Shown: positions 9,520-19,738 of the stretch, piece by piece
How the letters are laid out: every line of letters starts with the position of its first letter
Numbering within the stretch: position 1 is the first letter of the stretch
Notes under the pieces: model-generated
What the model saw: only the letters and a program-made list of their open reading frames with translations
What the model was told of the DNA's origin: nothing
The model's database searches: none
Position numbers and translations under genes: made by a program
Source: Candidatus Micrarchaeota archaeon
GTDB taxonomy: Archaea > Micrarchaeota > Micrarchaeia > Anstonellales > Bilamarchaeaceae
NCBI GenBank assembly: GCA_038046765.1
Contig: JBBSVN010000004.1
Span: forward strand, 64,001-128,000
Direction: 5' to 3'
Length of the DNA: 64,000 nucleotides

Positions 9520-9524
9520 CCTCT

Positions 9525-10961
9525 ATGAAAATTTCTTATCTTTTATCTAGAGATCTTGCAAAAAGAATGCTTTTAGTGCATCCCCCAGAACCAAAAAAGG
9601 AAATGCTTATTTCAAATGTTGATGAAGGAATTTACCTTGGAAAAACCCGATTTCTTGGAACGCCTGTTTTTTGGGATTTTAAAAAACTAATCAACCCACA
9701 TATAGGGATAGTTGGTATAAGCGGATCTGGAAAAAGTTATTTTATAAAAAGTTTTCTTACTCGTGCAGCATTAGTTTGGAGAAGTAATGCGATTATTATT
9801 GACTGGGTTGGAGAATATAATAAATGGGTAAAACAAGCAGGAGGGTTAGTTATCGATTTAGGAAAAGAAAAACTTAACTTACTTGATTTAGTTGGGCTTA
9901 AAAAAAGTGACAGGATAAAACAGATAATGTCGGCTTTAGATATACTTTTAGAGCTTAAAACTTACCCAAATGAACGGGATGAAATTGAAGCTGGACTTGA
10001 AGAGATATATGAAAAACAAACAAAACCTAAATTAAAGGATTTAGTAACGCTTCTTGAAAAAAGAAAAAATTTACGCGCTTCCAGATTAATAAAAAGATTC
10101 ACAGTTGAAGGGAGTGATTTTTTTGCTGGAGATAGTACATTTGACATAAAAAAACTCACAACTTCCGGGTTAGTTTGCCTAGATTTACATAACTTGCCTA
10201 CTGAAGAAATTCGTTCATTAGCCGGTTTAACCGTTTTACAGTATATAAAAGAAATAATGCGAAGCGAAGGCGCAACAGACGAGAAGGGAATTAAACTTTT
10301 TGTCGTTTTAGATGAAGCTTGGAAGATTGCGCAGGATGAAAAAAGCGATGTCATAACAATCGTAAGAGAAGGGAGAAAATACAATTTCGCACTAATTGTT
10401 GCAAGCCAAAATCCAAACGACATGCATAAAACGATATTTAGCAATACTGGCTCGATGATAATTTTAAGGCTAGTTTTAAAGGAGTTTAGGGATTATGTAA
10501 AAGAGTCTATTGGCTACGGAGATTTTATCGATGATCAGATATCCAAATTTGGTGTAGGTGATGCTGCAATAAATATGATATTTGCCCAAAGGCAGGCTAG
10601 GGCCCAGACATTTCTTTTAAATAAGATAGATGGTGAAGAACCATTATTTTTATTTAAAATACGAGGTGGGGATATGGAGATCGAAATTGAAAGAGAACAA
10701 CTAATAAAAATGCTTTATGAATTACAGCTAAATGAGAGTCAGATAGAACTAGTAAAGGCAGAATTTGAAAGAAACGATGGAATTATGGATGCTGAAAAGA
10801 TTGTTTCAATGCTTGAGAAGTTTGGATATGCTAAATCAATAATAATGTCCCTCTTAAGGCAACTTGGCATTGATGAGAAAAACTTAATAAAGGTATTTTC
10901 ATTAGTAAAGATGAGAAAGGCAAGAAAAGGAGTAGCAAACATAGTTTTGGACAAGGGTTAA
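9525..10961 (+). CDS. VirB4/HerA-like P-loop ATPase
   Basis: NPHIGIVGISGSGKS Walker A, VVLDEAW Walker B, REGRKY, ASQ motif. Confidence 0.85.
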   Translation: MKISYLLSRDLAKRMLLVHPPEPKKEMLISNVDEGIYLGKTRFLGTPVFWDFKKLINPHIGIVGISGSGKSYFIKSFLTRAALVWRSNAIIIDWVGEYNKWVKQAGGLVIDLGKEKLNLLDLVGLKKSDRIKQIMSALDILLELKTYPNERDEIEAGLEEIYEKQTKPKLKDLVTLLEKRKNLRASRLIKRFTVEGSDFFAGDSTFDIKKLTTSGLVCLDLHNLPTEEIRSLAGLTVLQYIKEIMRSEGATDEKGIKLFVVLDEAWKIAQDEKSDVITIVREGRKYNFALIVASQNPNDMHKTIFSNTGSMIILRLVLKEFRDYVKESIGYGDFIDDQISKFGVGDAAINMIFAQRQARAQTFLLNKIDGEEPLFLFKIRGGDMEIEIEREQLIKMLYELQLNESQIELVKAEFERNDGIMDAEKIVSMLEKFGYAKSIIMSLLRQLGIDEKNLIKVFSLVKMRKARKGVANIVLDKG

Positions 10962-10965
10962 GCAC

Positions 10966-11649
10966 ATGGAAGGGGAAATAAAAATTAGTGCAAAAAAGAA
11001 GAAGAAACTAAATGAACTAGCTAAGACACTGGGGGATCTTGGATTTACTAAGATGAATTTTTCAAAGGATAAGATAGTAGTGGAAAAACATAAAGATCAA
11101 CAGACGGATTACCGTATGATTTTTGGATCTGACGCAATAACATTTATTTATACAATACCTGAAAACAAAAAGAGCAAGATTGTAGAATTTGAATTTCTGC
11201 CACTGTTTCTAAATACACTTACGATTGCAACTGATTTTTACGAACTTGATTCTAAAGATATAATAAATTATATTCAAAAAATATGGGCAGAACTTGGAAA
11301 GACCATGGACAAAGATATAATTGAAATTTCAAGCGAACTAAATGATACAAAAACAAAGCATTTTGAATTACAAAGAAAGTATTCGGATCTGCTTAGGTCT
11401 AGCGAAGAAAATGCGAGAATACTAATTGAATGTGAAAGTAAAAGAGATGAATTGCAAAAAAGAACCAGTCAACTTGAAAAAATAAGCGACCAGACATTAA
11501 AAGAAGAATTATATAACTGGATAAAATTGCATGGCGGGAGCATAGATATGATGCAATTTTGTAAAAGCTATAGTATAGCAACGGCACGGGCTGAAGAGGG
11601 AGTTATACTTCTTGTAAAAGAAGGATATATCAGAAAAAGAAGCGAGTAG
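10966..11649 (+). CDS. Coiled-coil protein with possible C-terminal winged helix
   Basis: 227-aa ORF co-oriented with the ATPase. Confidence 0.6.
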   Translation: MEGEIKISAKKKKKLNELAKTLGDLGFTKMNFSKDKIVVEKHKDQQTDYRMIFGSDAITFIYTIPENKKSKIVEFEFLPLFLNTLTIATDFYELDSKDIINYIQKIWAELGKTMDKDIIEISSELNDTKTKHFELQRKYSDLLRSSEENARILIECESKRDELQKRTSQLEKISDQTLKEELYNWIKLHGGSIDMMQFCKSYSIATARAEEGVILLVKEGYIRKRSE

Positions 11650-11655
11650 ATTTTT

Positions 11656-11784
11656 ATGGGAGAAGAAGAAAATAAGTATTATGATTTTGCATTACTAAAG
11701 AATTACTCTAAGGAAAGGAAATTTATCATTCTAAAAACCCTTAAAAACAGTTTTTTAGATATGTTAAATATATTTAAGAGGTAG
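11656..11784 (+). CDS. Small hypothetical protein (42 aa)
   Basis: MGEEENKYYDF...IFKR*, starting 6 nt after the previous stop. Confidence 0.4.
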   Translation: MGEEENKYYDFALLKNYSKERKFIILKTLKNSFLDMLNIFKR

Positions 11785-11919
11785 CATTGAGCAATGTGCC
11801 GTGAGCTTTGAGCACGGAGCAAATTTTAGTTCTGTTCATTGCATCGGCAAGTGCTTGCACTTGACGAGCTAGTAAAGGCTTGTGCTCTTTACTGGACAAG
11901 GCCCACTATGCAAGGCTAA
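11781..11919. repeat. Heptamer-repeat palindromic element, copy 1 (with nested hairpins)
   Basis: gtagcat/tgagcaa/tgtgccg/tgagctt/tgagcac/ggagcaa ... ctggaca/aggccca/ctatgca/aggctaa. Confidence 0.7.
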
Positions 11920-11933
11920 AACATGTGATTAAT

Positions 11934-13250
11934 ATGCGCGTTTTATTAATAGGTAACGGAGCTAGAGAGCATGCCATCGCAGAAAAAATATCTGCTGATG
12001 CAGAACTTATTACAATAATGGCTAAGAAAAACCCAGCTATTGCAAAACTTTCTAAAAAGCATTTTATATGCGATATAAACAACCCGCTTGAAGTTAGCGC
12101 TTGCGCAAAAGACCTTGATATTGATGTTGCTTTTGCTTCTCCTGATTCTACGCTTGCTAACGGAATAACTGACGCATTAGATAAAATCGGAATAAGTACA
12201 TCTTCCCCAACTAAAAGCGCGGCCAGAATCGAATGGGACAAAGAGTATATGCGTTCACTTATGAAAGACAATAAACTTAGCGGAAGGGTTGAACACGAAA
12301 TAGTACACAATTTGAAAGACGCGAAAGAAGTAATGACTAGGCTAGGGAATGTAGCGCTAAAACCGATTGGACTCACAGGGGGCAAGGGAGTAAAAGTAAG
12401 CGGAGATCATTTTACAAATATCCAAGGAGCGCTTAGTTACGCAAACGAAGTACTGTTAAAGGACAAGAAACTTTTAATAGAAGAAAAAATAGAAGGCGAA
12501 GAATTTAGTTTGCAGGTTTTTAGTGATGGAACCCACATTTATGATATGCCGCCAGTCCAAGACCATAAACGAGCTTTTGAAAATGATTTGGGAGATAACA
12601 CAGGCGGAATGGGTTCATATTCTACTGGAAAATTACTTCCATTTATAGAACAAAATGATATTGAACAGGGTCGTAAAATTTTACAGGAGATAGTTCACGC
12701 AATGCGAAAAGAAAAAAACTCTTTTAAAGGCGTAATGTATGGCCAGTTTATGGCATGTAAGGGGGGGGTAAAGGTAATAGAAATAAATGCGAGATTTGGG
12801 GACCCAGAGGCAATAAACGTGCTAGCGTTACTTAAGAATTCATTAACAGATATGTTTCTTTCTATTGCAGATGGAAATTTAGAGAGACCGGAATTTTCTG
12901 ACCAGTCTACCGTAGTAAAATATTTAGTTCCAGAGGGTTATCCAACAAAACCAATCGCAGATAGTCCGCTACTAATCGATGAACAAAAAGTTTTAGCATC
13001 GAATGCAAAATTATATTATGCAAGCGTTTATGAAAAAGACAGCGTAATATACACTAGCTCATCTAGAGCCATTGCAACGCTCGGAATCGCAAATACGCTT
13101 GAAGAAGCAGAACAGAAAGCCCAGATTGCCTGCAATGCAGTAAAAGGTAAGGTTTGGCATAGGAAAGATATAGGTACTAAAGAACTTGTAAATAAAAGAA
13201 TTGTACACATGAAAATAATTAGACAGGGTGCAGGTAGCGATGGGCAATGA
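11934..13250 (+). CDS. purD: Phosphoribosylamine--glycine ligase
   Basis: MRVLLIGNGAREHAI, GGKGV, QDHKRAF, GDNTGGMG, EINARFGDPE. Confidence 0.95.
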   Translation: MRVLLIGNGAREHAIAEKISADAELITIMAKKNPAIAKLSKKHFICDINNPLEVSACAKDLDIDVAFASPDSTLANGITDALDKIGISTSSPTKSAARIEWDKEYMRSLMKDNKLSGRVEHEIVHNLKDAKEVMTRLGNVALKPIGLTGGKGVKVSGDHFTNIQGALSYANEVLLKDKKLLIEEKIEGEEFSLQVFSDGTHIYDMPPVQDHKRAFENDLGDNTGGMGSYSTGKLLPFIEQNDIEQGRKILQEIVHAMRKEKNSFKGVMYGQFMACKGGVKVIEINARFGDPEAINVLALLKNSLTDMFLSIADGNLERPEFSDQSTVVKYLVPEGYPTKPIADSPLLIDEQKVLASNAKLYYASVYEKDSVIYTSSSRAIATLGIANTLEEAEQKAQIACNAVKGKVWHRKDIGTKELVNKRIVHMKIIRQGAGSDGQ

Positions 13251-13500
13251 GCACGAATACGATTTAGAAAAAATGAAGGAACGAACTAAAAAAGATATTG
13301 ATAAACTAGTTGGTATAATAGCGGAATTTAGAAAGCTTAAACTCGATCAAAAATACCCTGCTGCGCTAAAATGGGCAGAGAATTATCTTTTTGATTCAGA
13401 ACATTTTTACAAGGAAAAAAAATATTTTACTGCTTTTGGTGCAGCTAATTACGCTTATGGGATAATTGAAGGATTGTTAATTACAGAGGGTAAAAAATAA
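13240..13500 (+). CDS. DUF357-like small archaeal protein
   Basis: AENYLFDSEHFY...AFGAANYAYGIIEG pattern. Confidence 0.7.
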   Translation: MGNEHEYDLEKMKERTKKDIDKLVGIIAEFRKLKLDQKYPAALKWAENYLFDSEHFYKEKKYFTAFGAANYAYGIIEGLLITEGKK

Positions 13501-14252
13501 TGGAATTTCATCTTAAAAAATCATTAGGCCAAAACTTTCTAAAAGACCAGAACATACTTAGAAAAGAAGTAAGCGTTGCTAATGTTACTGGTAAAAAAGT
13601 TTTAGAGATAGGTCCGGGAGATGGCGGCTTAACACAGATGATACTTGAAGCTAATCCCTCTAGATTAACAGTTATAGAAAAGGACGAGAGATTTGCATAT
13701 TTACTTAAGGATAAATTTAAAACAACAATTTCAATAGTCAAAGATGACTTTCTTAAACACGAATTTACAGATGATTTTGATGTAATTATTGGCAACATCC
13801 CTTATTATATAACCAGTCCAATAATTTTTAAAGTAAAGGACATGAAGTTTGAACGAGCAGTATTCATAGTGCAAAAAGAGTTTGCGATGAAAATGATTGC
13901 TAACCCAAATGATAGCAATTATGGAAGGTTAAGCGTAACAAGCCAGCTATTTTTTGAAGTCAAATACATCCAGACTATTTCAAGAAGGGTTTTTTCACCA
14001 GTTCCTAGGGTTGACTCTGCAATGATTGAACTTAAAAGGACAAACTCAAAATTAGATTCATTTGATCAGGACATTGTTCGCTACTTATTCCAGCATAAAA
14101 ACCAAAGTGTAAAAAAATCATTAGGACACTCGAAGCAGTTTAGTAAAGAACAGCTGGAAAAACTAAATGATTACTCAAAGGTAAAGGTTAGAACGCTAAC
14201 AAAAGAAGAAGTTTTGAAGATTGTTGGAATAATGAAAGAATCGAAGAAATAA
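13500..14252 (+). CDS. rsmA: 16S rRNA adenine dimethyltransferase (KsgA/Dim1)
   Basis: KKSLGQNFL, VLEIGPG, GNIPYYIT, YGRLSV, PVPRVDS. Confidence 0.95.
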   Translation: MEFHLKKSLGQNFLKDQNILRKEVSVANVTGKKVLEIGPGDGGLTQMILEANPSRLTVIEKDERFAYLLKDKFKTTISIVKDDFLKHEFTDDFDVIIGNIPYYITSPIIFKVKDMKFERAVFIVQKEFAMKMIANPNDSNYGRLSVTSQLFFEVKYIQTISRRVFSPVPRVDSAMIELKRTNSKLDSFDQDIVRYLFQHKNQSVKKSLGHSKQFSKEQLEKLNDYSKVKVRTLTKEEVLKIVGIMKESKK

Positions 14253-14275
14253 AATAAAGAAAATAAAAAGAAAAA

Positions 14276-14854
14276 TTATTGGCTTGGAACTTCTCTTAGT
14301 GAAACATCACTAGACATATTCCAAGAACCATTAGATGATAGATTAAACTTCAGGCCACTAAAAGCAGCCTCCATGCATGCCTTGAATTTATTATGACAGA
14401 GTACTGCAACAGAACCGTCACTTACATTAATGTCCCCACTTGTCTGTGCAACTTTATTTAAATAAAGATCCCATGAGCTAGATTTTTCATAGCTTTTACA
14501 GGAATTATTTGCAATAACTGCGTAAGCGGTTGCAGTATTTTTTGAAAGATCTACATCTGCGCCGCTTATATAAACAGACGCATTTAAACTAGGCAATAAA
14601 TCAGGCATGTTAAAAACAATAAACTGAGTTTCATCACCGCTTGTTTTCAATGTATACGCGGTTTGCGTAGTACTCACTAATTTGACTGTACTTGAGTCAT
14701 AAGTGCAAGTACCAGAAACTCCTGCTCTGAATTTTTGTACTGTTTCTTCTTGACCTCCACATCCAGCAGAGTGTAATGCAAAAGCTACTGCTGCAGTTCT
14801 TAGAACAGATTTAGCAGTCTGATAAAGATTACTTCTCGATAAATTTGCATTCAT
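14276..14854 (-). CDS. Putative lipoprotein/secreted protein
   Basis: Long N-region then AFALHSAGCGG. Confidence 0.55.
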   Translation of the reverse strand: MNANLSRSNLYQTAKSVLRTAAVAFALHSAGCGGQEETVQKFRAGVSGTCTYDSSTVKLVSTTQTAYTLKTSGDETQFIVFNMPDLLPSLNASVYISGADVDLSKNTATAYAVIANNSCKSYEKSSSWDLYLNKVAQTSGDINVSDGSVAVLCHNKFKACMEAAFSGLKFNLSSNGSWNMSSDVSLREVPSQ

Positions 14855-15051
14855 ATAATACGCACCCCGATTAGTCTTAAATTATAGTTTATATTATTGT
14901 TTTAGTATGATAATAAATAAGCCAAAACGTTTTTAAATACATAATAAAACATTAGGACAAACGCTAAGGATAAAGAAACTGAATTTATTGGAAAACTAGA
15001 CTAAGAAATTGATAGATAAAAAATAATAAAAAAGAAATAAAAAATTAAAAT

Positions 15052-15864
15052 TTACCTTGAACCTGCGTCTGCTGTACCGTTTGATACAGATGGTTCATAA
15101 TTAACTAAACTCGTTAAACCAGATAAGGTTACGGTTAAGTTAGTACCATCGGAAGTTAAATTTGCGGTATCTAAAGCCACTTCCTTACCTCTACCTTCAG
15201 TTGTGTTAAAGATAACAATTTTGGTTGTAAGTGCAGATGAACCTGAAGAGTTTAAGCTAGTTCCGTATTGGAATGAACCTATACTATTTAATGCGTAAGT
15301 TAAACCCATATCGTAGCTTGTGTATACTTTTTCATCGCTAGCAACACATCCTTCAGTTCCGTTTAAACCACTAACAGTATATGTACCGTTTGAAGCAAGT
15401 ATGCTTGACATCCATAATGTTGAGACAACTGTTGCGCCTGCATCTGGTGCTGACAAAACTGCTGCTGCAACTATATCTGAACCTCTTGAACTATTATCAG
15501 ACAAGCTGAATTGAGCTGAAAAAGTTACTGCTTGAGTTTGTACCATTCCAGTTACTGGATCATATCCCAATTCTAATACTGATGCAGTTTTACCAAAGCA
15601 TGAAACAGTTCTTCCGCCAGATTGTGCATCAGGTGTTGCTACTGAATCAATTTTTGAATCAGTTGTTGCATCGTTCATTGCGCCTACATCGACTGCTCTT
15701 CCACCGTCTAATACTGGTGTTGGGCCGCCTGTTGCTGAATCTCCGCAACCTAATTTACCAACCAAAACTGCTACTTTTGCAAATCTCTTTGCTGCAGATA
15801 ATACCATTGATTCAGACTTAACTGCCTGAGGACCTACTTTGTTCATTTTCAATTCACTTACCAT
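15052..15864 (-). CDS. Putative lipoprotein/secreted protein with Asp-rich linker
   Basis: AGGTGG SD; VAVLVGKLGCG; Ser/Thr-rich beta body. Confidence 0.55.
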   Translation of the reverse strand: MVSELKMNKVGPQAVKSESMVLSAAKRFAKVAVLVGKLGCGDSATGGPTPVLDGGRAVDVGAMNDATTDSKIDSVATPDAQSGGRTVSCFGKTASVLELGYDPVTGMVQTQAVTFSAQFSLSDNSSRGSDIVAAAVLSAPDAGATVVSTLWMSSILASNGTYTVSGLNGTEGCVASDEKVYTSYDMGLTYALNSIGSFQYGTSLNSSGSSALTTKIVIFNTTEGRGKEVALDTANLTSDGTNLTVTLSGLTSLVNYEPSVSNGTADAGSR

Positions 15865-16137
15865 TCATAACCACCTTAATCATTAATTGTTTATTTTACT
15901 AGTTAAATATGTTTATGCACCAAAACATTTTTAAACATATCTTTTAACCTCCGTTTCACACTTTTAGAAACAGATAGTGCTTAAGTAGCACATCTTGTCG
16001 CCGATTATTTAACTTAATGATAATATAATGTGGGTTTCCATTTATAAATAAGTAGTCTATAGTTAGGTACAAACCTAATTAGCGATTTTATAGGAGTTGA
16101 CTAGATGATTGTGAGTAATACGCAATACTTTTAATAG

Positions 16138-16536
16138 ATGAACAATAATATAGAAGATATGAAAACAGCAGTTTTAGACACAAACTTCCTTCTTATCCCC
16201 CAGCAATTTAAAATAGATATATTTAGTGAGTTAAATTATCTTCTAGAAGAATATAAAATGGTTGTATCTTCGGCAACAGTGAGGGAGCTAGAGAATATAT
16301 CTAAAAAGATGAGCAAAGCCGGCAGGGCAGCAAAATTTGCAAGAAAATTACTAGAAAGCCATCCTGAAATAGAAGTAATACCAACAACCCTAAATGCAGA
16401 TGATTTTATTGTTGCTTACGCTAAAGAGAACAGGGTAGTAGTCTGTACGAACGACATAGCATTAAAGAAAAGGATGAACCGGATCAGAGTTAAACTTATA
16501 ACTTTAAAATCAAAAGCTAAGATTGGATTTGTCTAG
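16138..16536 (+). CDS. PIN-domain ribosome biogenesis nuclease (Utp24/Fcf1-like)
   Basis: VLDTNFL, V.RELE, ADDFI, VCTND. Confidence 0.8.
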   Translation: MNNNIEDMKTAVLDTNFLLIPQQFKIDIFSELNYLLEEYKMVVSSATVRELENISKKMSKAGRAAKFARKLLESHPEIEVIPTTLNADDFIVAYAKENRVVVCTNDIALKKRMNRIRVKLITLKSKAKIGFV

Positions 16537-16545
16537 TGATACCTA

Positions 16546-16863
16546 ATGATTGTTGAAATAATAATAGGAGTAACTGTTGGATGCATAGTACTATACTTTC
16601 TATGGAACCACAATCAAAAAATAATCAACTACGAAAAAGCAATAGAAAATGGCAAAACTAACTTGAAGATACACGCAAATAAAGATTTAAAGAAGCTTAC
16701 AATTAAGGATGTTTACGAAGGACAACCAATAGAATTTGTCAGAAAAAATATCGAATCGGGAGAAGATGTTGAATTTACCTACCCAAAAGGAGAAAAAATT
16801 ACCCGAATTTTTGTAGAAGAAGAAAATGGTAAAAAGCACGAGATAGAGTGTACGTATAAATGA
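16546..16863 (+). CDS. Hypothetical protein with N-terminal TM
   Basis: 105-aa ORF in an apparent operon. Confidence 0.55.
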   Translation: MIVEIIIGVTVGCIVLYFLWNHNQKIINYEKAIENGKTNLKIHANKDLKKLTIKDVYEGQPIEFVRKNIESGEDVEFTYPKGEKITRIFVEEENGKKHEIECTYK

Positions 16864-16881
16864 AAATAAAGAGGAGATATT

Positions 16882-18336
16882 ATGCAAATTAACATAAAAA
16901 AAATAGAACCAGCAGATGTTAAAAGCGAAATACTTGCGATTGCATTGTATCAGGACGAAAGTTTACCATTTGCAGAAATTACTAAAGGAATAAGAAAAGA
17001 AGAATTTACTGGAAAATCTGGACAAGTATCTATAATAGACAGCCAGGGAAAAACTAATTTTAGAAAAGTACTACTTTATGGACTAGGAGAAAGTAAAGAA
17101 TTTAACCTGGATTTATTAAGAAGATTTGGAGGAACTGCGCTTAGATATGCTGCGGGAATTAAAACAACGAGCTTGTCAATTAGTGCGAATATTGTGGAGG
17201 TTAATTCAAGCGATGCAGTACAAGCGATATGCGAGGGAGCGATTTTAGCAAATTACAAACCAATCCAGTTTAAGAGTAAGCAAGATGATTACTTCGAATT
17301 AAAAGAATTTGATGTGATTTCTAAAGAGAACATTGCTGAATATGTAAATCGCGCATCGATACTAGCTAATTCTCAAAATTATGTTCGGGAAATTAACGAA
17401 AATCCAGCGAATATTGCAACACCGCAAAAACTAGCTGAACATGCAAAGAATTTAGCCAAACAAAATAAGCTTGACATTACAATTCTAGAGAAAAAAGATA
17501 TGGAAAAACTTAAGATGAATGCAATACTCGGAGTAAATCAGGGAAGTCCATTACCTCCTGTTATGGCAATTTTAGAGTATAATAAAGGTAAAATGAACTT
17601 GCCACTTTATGCAGTAATCGGGAAAGGAATTACATTTGATAGTGGCGGTATTTCGATTAAGCCAGCTAAAGGAATGCAGGAAATGAAGTATGATAAAACT
17701 GGTGCAGTCACAACATTAGGAATTGCAAAGGCAGTAAGCGAGCTTAAATTACCGATTCGATTAGTTGCAGTATTTACTGCTACTGAGAATATGCCATCAG
17801 GCAGTGCGCAAAAACCAGGCGACATCGTAACAGCATATAATGGAAAAACTATTGAAGTACTAAATACAGATGCAGAGGGGAGATTAATTTTATCAGATAC
17901 ACTCTCGTACATTGCTAAAGAGAAAAAACCAGAAGTTATGATCGACCTTGCAACTTTAACTGGTGCAATGATAGTAGCGCTTGGAAAATATAGAATCGGA
18001 TTATTTAGTAACGATGATACCGTTTCAAATGCATTATACGGCGCTGGAGAAAAAACTTTTGAACGAGTTTGGAGAATGCCAATGGATAAAGAGTACAGTG
18101 AGATGATTAAAGCTGATTTTGCGGATATTAAAAATATCGGAAGCGAAGGCGGAGAAGCGGGTTCGATTACTGCAGCTTGTTTTCTAAAGGAATTTATCGG
18201 GGAAACTAAATGGGCTCACTTAGATATTGCAGGAGTTGATAACATTGCGGAACGACATGCTTATTTAGATAAAGGAGCGAGTGGGATTGGTGTTAGATTA
18301 GTTTGTGAAGCGCTAGAGAAGATGGCGAAGAAATAA
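16882..18336 (+). CDS. pepA: Leucyl aminopeptidase (M17)
   Basis: GKGITFDSGG, MKYDK, NTDAEGRL, ATLTGA, WAHLDIAG. Confidence 0.95.
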   Translation: MQINIKKIEPADVKSEILAIALYQDESLPFAEITKGIRKEEFTGKSGQVSIIDSQGKTNFRKVLLYGLGESKEFNLDLLRRFGGTALRYAAGIKTTSLSISANIVEVNSSDAVQAICEGAILANYKPIQFKSKQDDYFELKEFDVISKENIAEYVNRASILANSQNYVREINENPANIATPQKLAEHAKNLAKQNKLDITILEKKDMEKLKMNAILGVNQGSPLPPVMAILEYNKGKMNLPLYAVIGKGITFDSGGISIKPAKGMQEMKYDKTGAVTTLGIAKAVSELKLPIRLVAVFTATENMPSGSAQKPGDIVTAYNGKTIEVLNTDAEGRLILSDTLSYIAKEKKPEVMIDLATLTGAMIVALGKYRIGLFSNDDTVSNALYGAGEKTFERVWRMPMDKEYSEMIKADFADIKNIGSEGGEAGSITAACFLKEFIGETKWAHLDIAGVDNIAERHAYLDKGASGIGVRLVCEALEKMAKK

Positions 18337-18379
18337 CTAATTGCCAATATTTAAATATTTTGCCATTTATAAGATAGAT

Positions 18380-18613
18380 ATGGCAAACGAGAGTATTACA
18401 TTAATTGATCAATACGGAAGGTTAGTTGTACCAAAATCAATAAGAGACAAATTCGAAACTAAGCAAGTTGTTTTGATTTATGATGAAAAAAATAAAGATG
18501 CACATATCATCCCAGTAAAGAATATATCCGAATGGAAAGGAAAATTTAAAGGAATACTAAAAAATTATATGAAAGAACACGAGGAAGACCAGAATGATAC
18601 TCATCGTAGATAG
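18380..18613 (+). CDS. AbrB/MazE-type antitoxin
   Basis: IDQYGRLVVPKSIR; overlaps the downstream PIN gene. Confidence 0.75.
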   Translation: MANESITLIDQYGRLVVPKSIRDKFETKQVVLIYDEKNKDAHIIPVKNISEWKGKFKGILKNYMKEHEEDQNDTHRR

Positions 18614-18971
18614 TTGGGCTTGGCTAGCAACTGGTGAAGAGGGAAGACACGCAGATGAATCAATAGAACTAATAAGCAACAAGAAAAATGAAATTTTAAC
18701 AACAATGCTCAATATATACGAAGTATACTATAGGGTTACGCAAGCGTATGGAGAAGAAAAGGCAAGAAAATTCATAGAATCGATAAAACAAAGAGCCAGA
18801 ATTGTCGAAGTGGATGAGGAGCTAACATTTCTTGCAGCAAATTTGCATTTAAAAGAAAAACTTTCAGTAATAGATGCATTTGTTTATGCTACCGCACTAA
18901 AGGAAAACGGACAAGTTCTTACAGGAGACCCTCATTTTAAAGGAAAGGAAATGGTAATTTTTATTGAATAA
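18594..18971 (+). CDS. vapC: PIN-domain toxin (VapC-like)
   Basis: IVDSWAW, E, LSVIDAFVYA, LTGDPHF. Confidence 0.85.
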   Translation: MILIVDSWAWLATGEEGRHADESIELISNKKNEILTTMLNIYEVYYRVTQAYGEEKARKFIESIKQRARIVEVDEELTFLAANLHLKEKLSVIDAFVYATALKENGQVLTGDPHFKGKEMVIFIE

Positions 18972-18974
18972 TTT

Positions 18975-19166
18975 TTATCCTCTTTTTGGTTTTGATGCAG
19001 ATAGTGAATCCGTCAAACCTTTATTAGCAAAAGCATCATGTGCAATTGGTTTTCCGGATGCCCAAGGTGGAGAACTTAATTTTGCACCTGCAAAAATACT
19101 TTTTGGATTATCCATACAAGTTCGATATTTTGGTTGTTGAGCTTGGTTCACAGAAACGATAGACAT
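18975..19166 (-). CDS. Small hypothetical protein
   Basis: 63-aa ORF preceded by GAGGTG SD. Confidence 0.4.
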   Translation of the reverse strand: MSIVSVNQAQQPKYRTCMDNPKSIFAGAKLSSPPWASGKPIAHDAFANKGLTDSLSASKPKRG

Positions 19167-19287
19167 AAACGCACCTCGAAATTATTTGTTAGTTCGAATT
19201 TGTATTTTATTCCAATTTAAATCCTGCGTTATGTTTGTTACAAAAATATTTATTTTTGTTTTTTATGGAACAGATTGCAAACCTTTT

Positions 19288-19340
19288 TATAGTGGGACAA
19301 CATCAGAGCAGTTACAAACCAATAGATTTATATAGTGGGA
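19288..19340 (+). promoter_or_regulatory. Duplicated TATAGTGGGA boxes upstream of the AbrB operon
   Basis: Identical 10-mers at 19288-19297 and 19331-19340, each with a TATA-like prefix. Confidence 0.45.
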
Positions 19341-19443
19341 AAGAGTTAGTCAATATGTTAAAAGAAATTAAACATTATTTATAATTAAGAAAAGATGTAA
19401 TAGAGGTTTGTAAAATGGTTAAAAGGGATGTTCTTCACGAGGG

Positions 19444-19692
19444 ATTTTCTTCATTGTGCTCGATTCAAAGGCACGCCTAGTTTTACCATTAGAAATTCGT
19501 GACACCCTTAATGTAAAAAAGAACGAGAAAATTCTAATTAGCGTTAGCGATGCTAAGGAAGACAAAATCACTATAGAAATTTCTAAGCCTAGCATAAGCG
19601 ATGAAACGGATTCAATCTCATACTCCAGGAATGGAAAATATGTGAATCGGAGAAATACAGAAACTAAAGACAAACAGAATGAGGTGGATTAA
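19444..19692 (+). CDS. AbrB/MazE-family DNA-binding regulator (non-canonical start or frameshift)
   Basis: IFFIVLDSKARLVLPLEIRDTL AbrB motif; no in-frame ATG (GTG at 19456). Confidence 0.75.
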   Translation: MFFIVLDSKARLVLPLEIRDTLNVKKNEKILISVSDAKEDKITIEISKPSISDETDSISYSRNGKYVNRRNTETKDKQNEVD

Positions 19693-19738
19693 ATGAACAA
19701 AACAAAAAAAGGTGAAAAAGGAAAAGAGGTAAAAAGGG

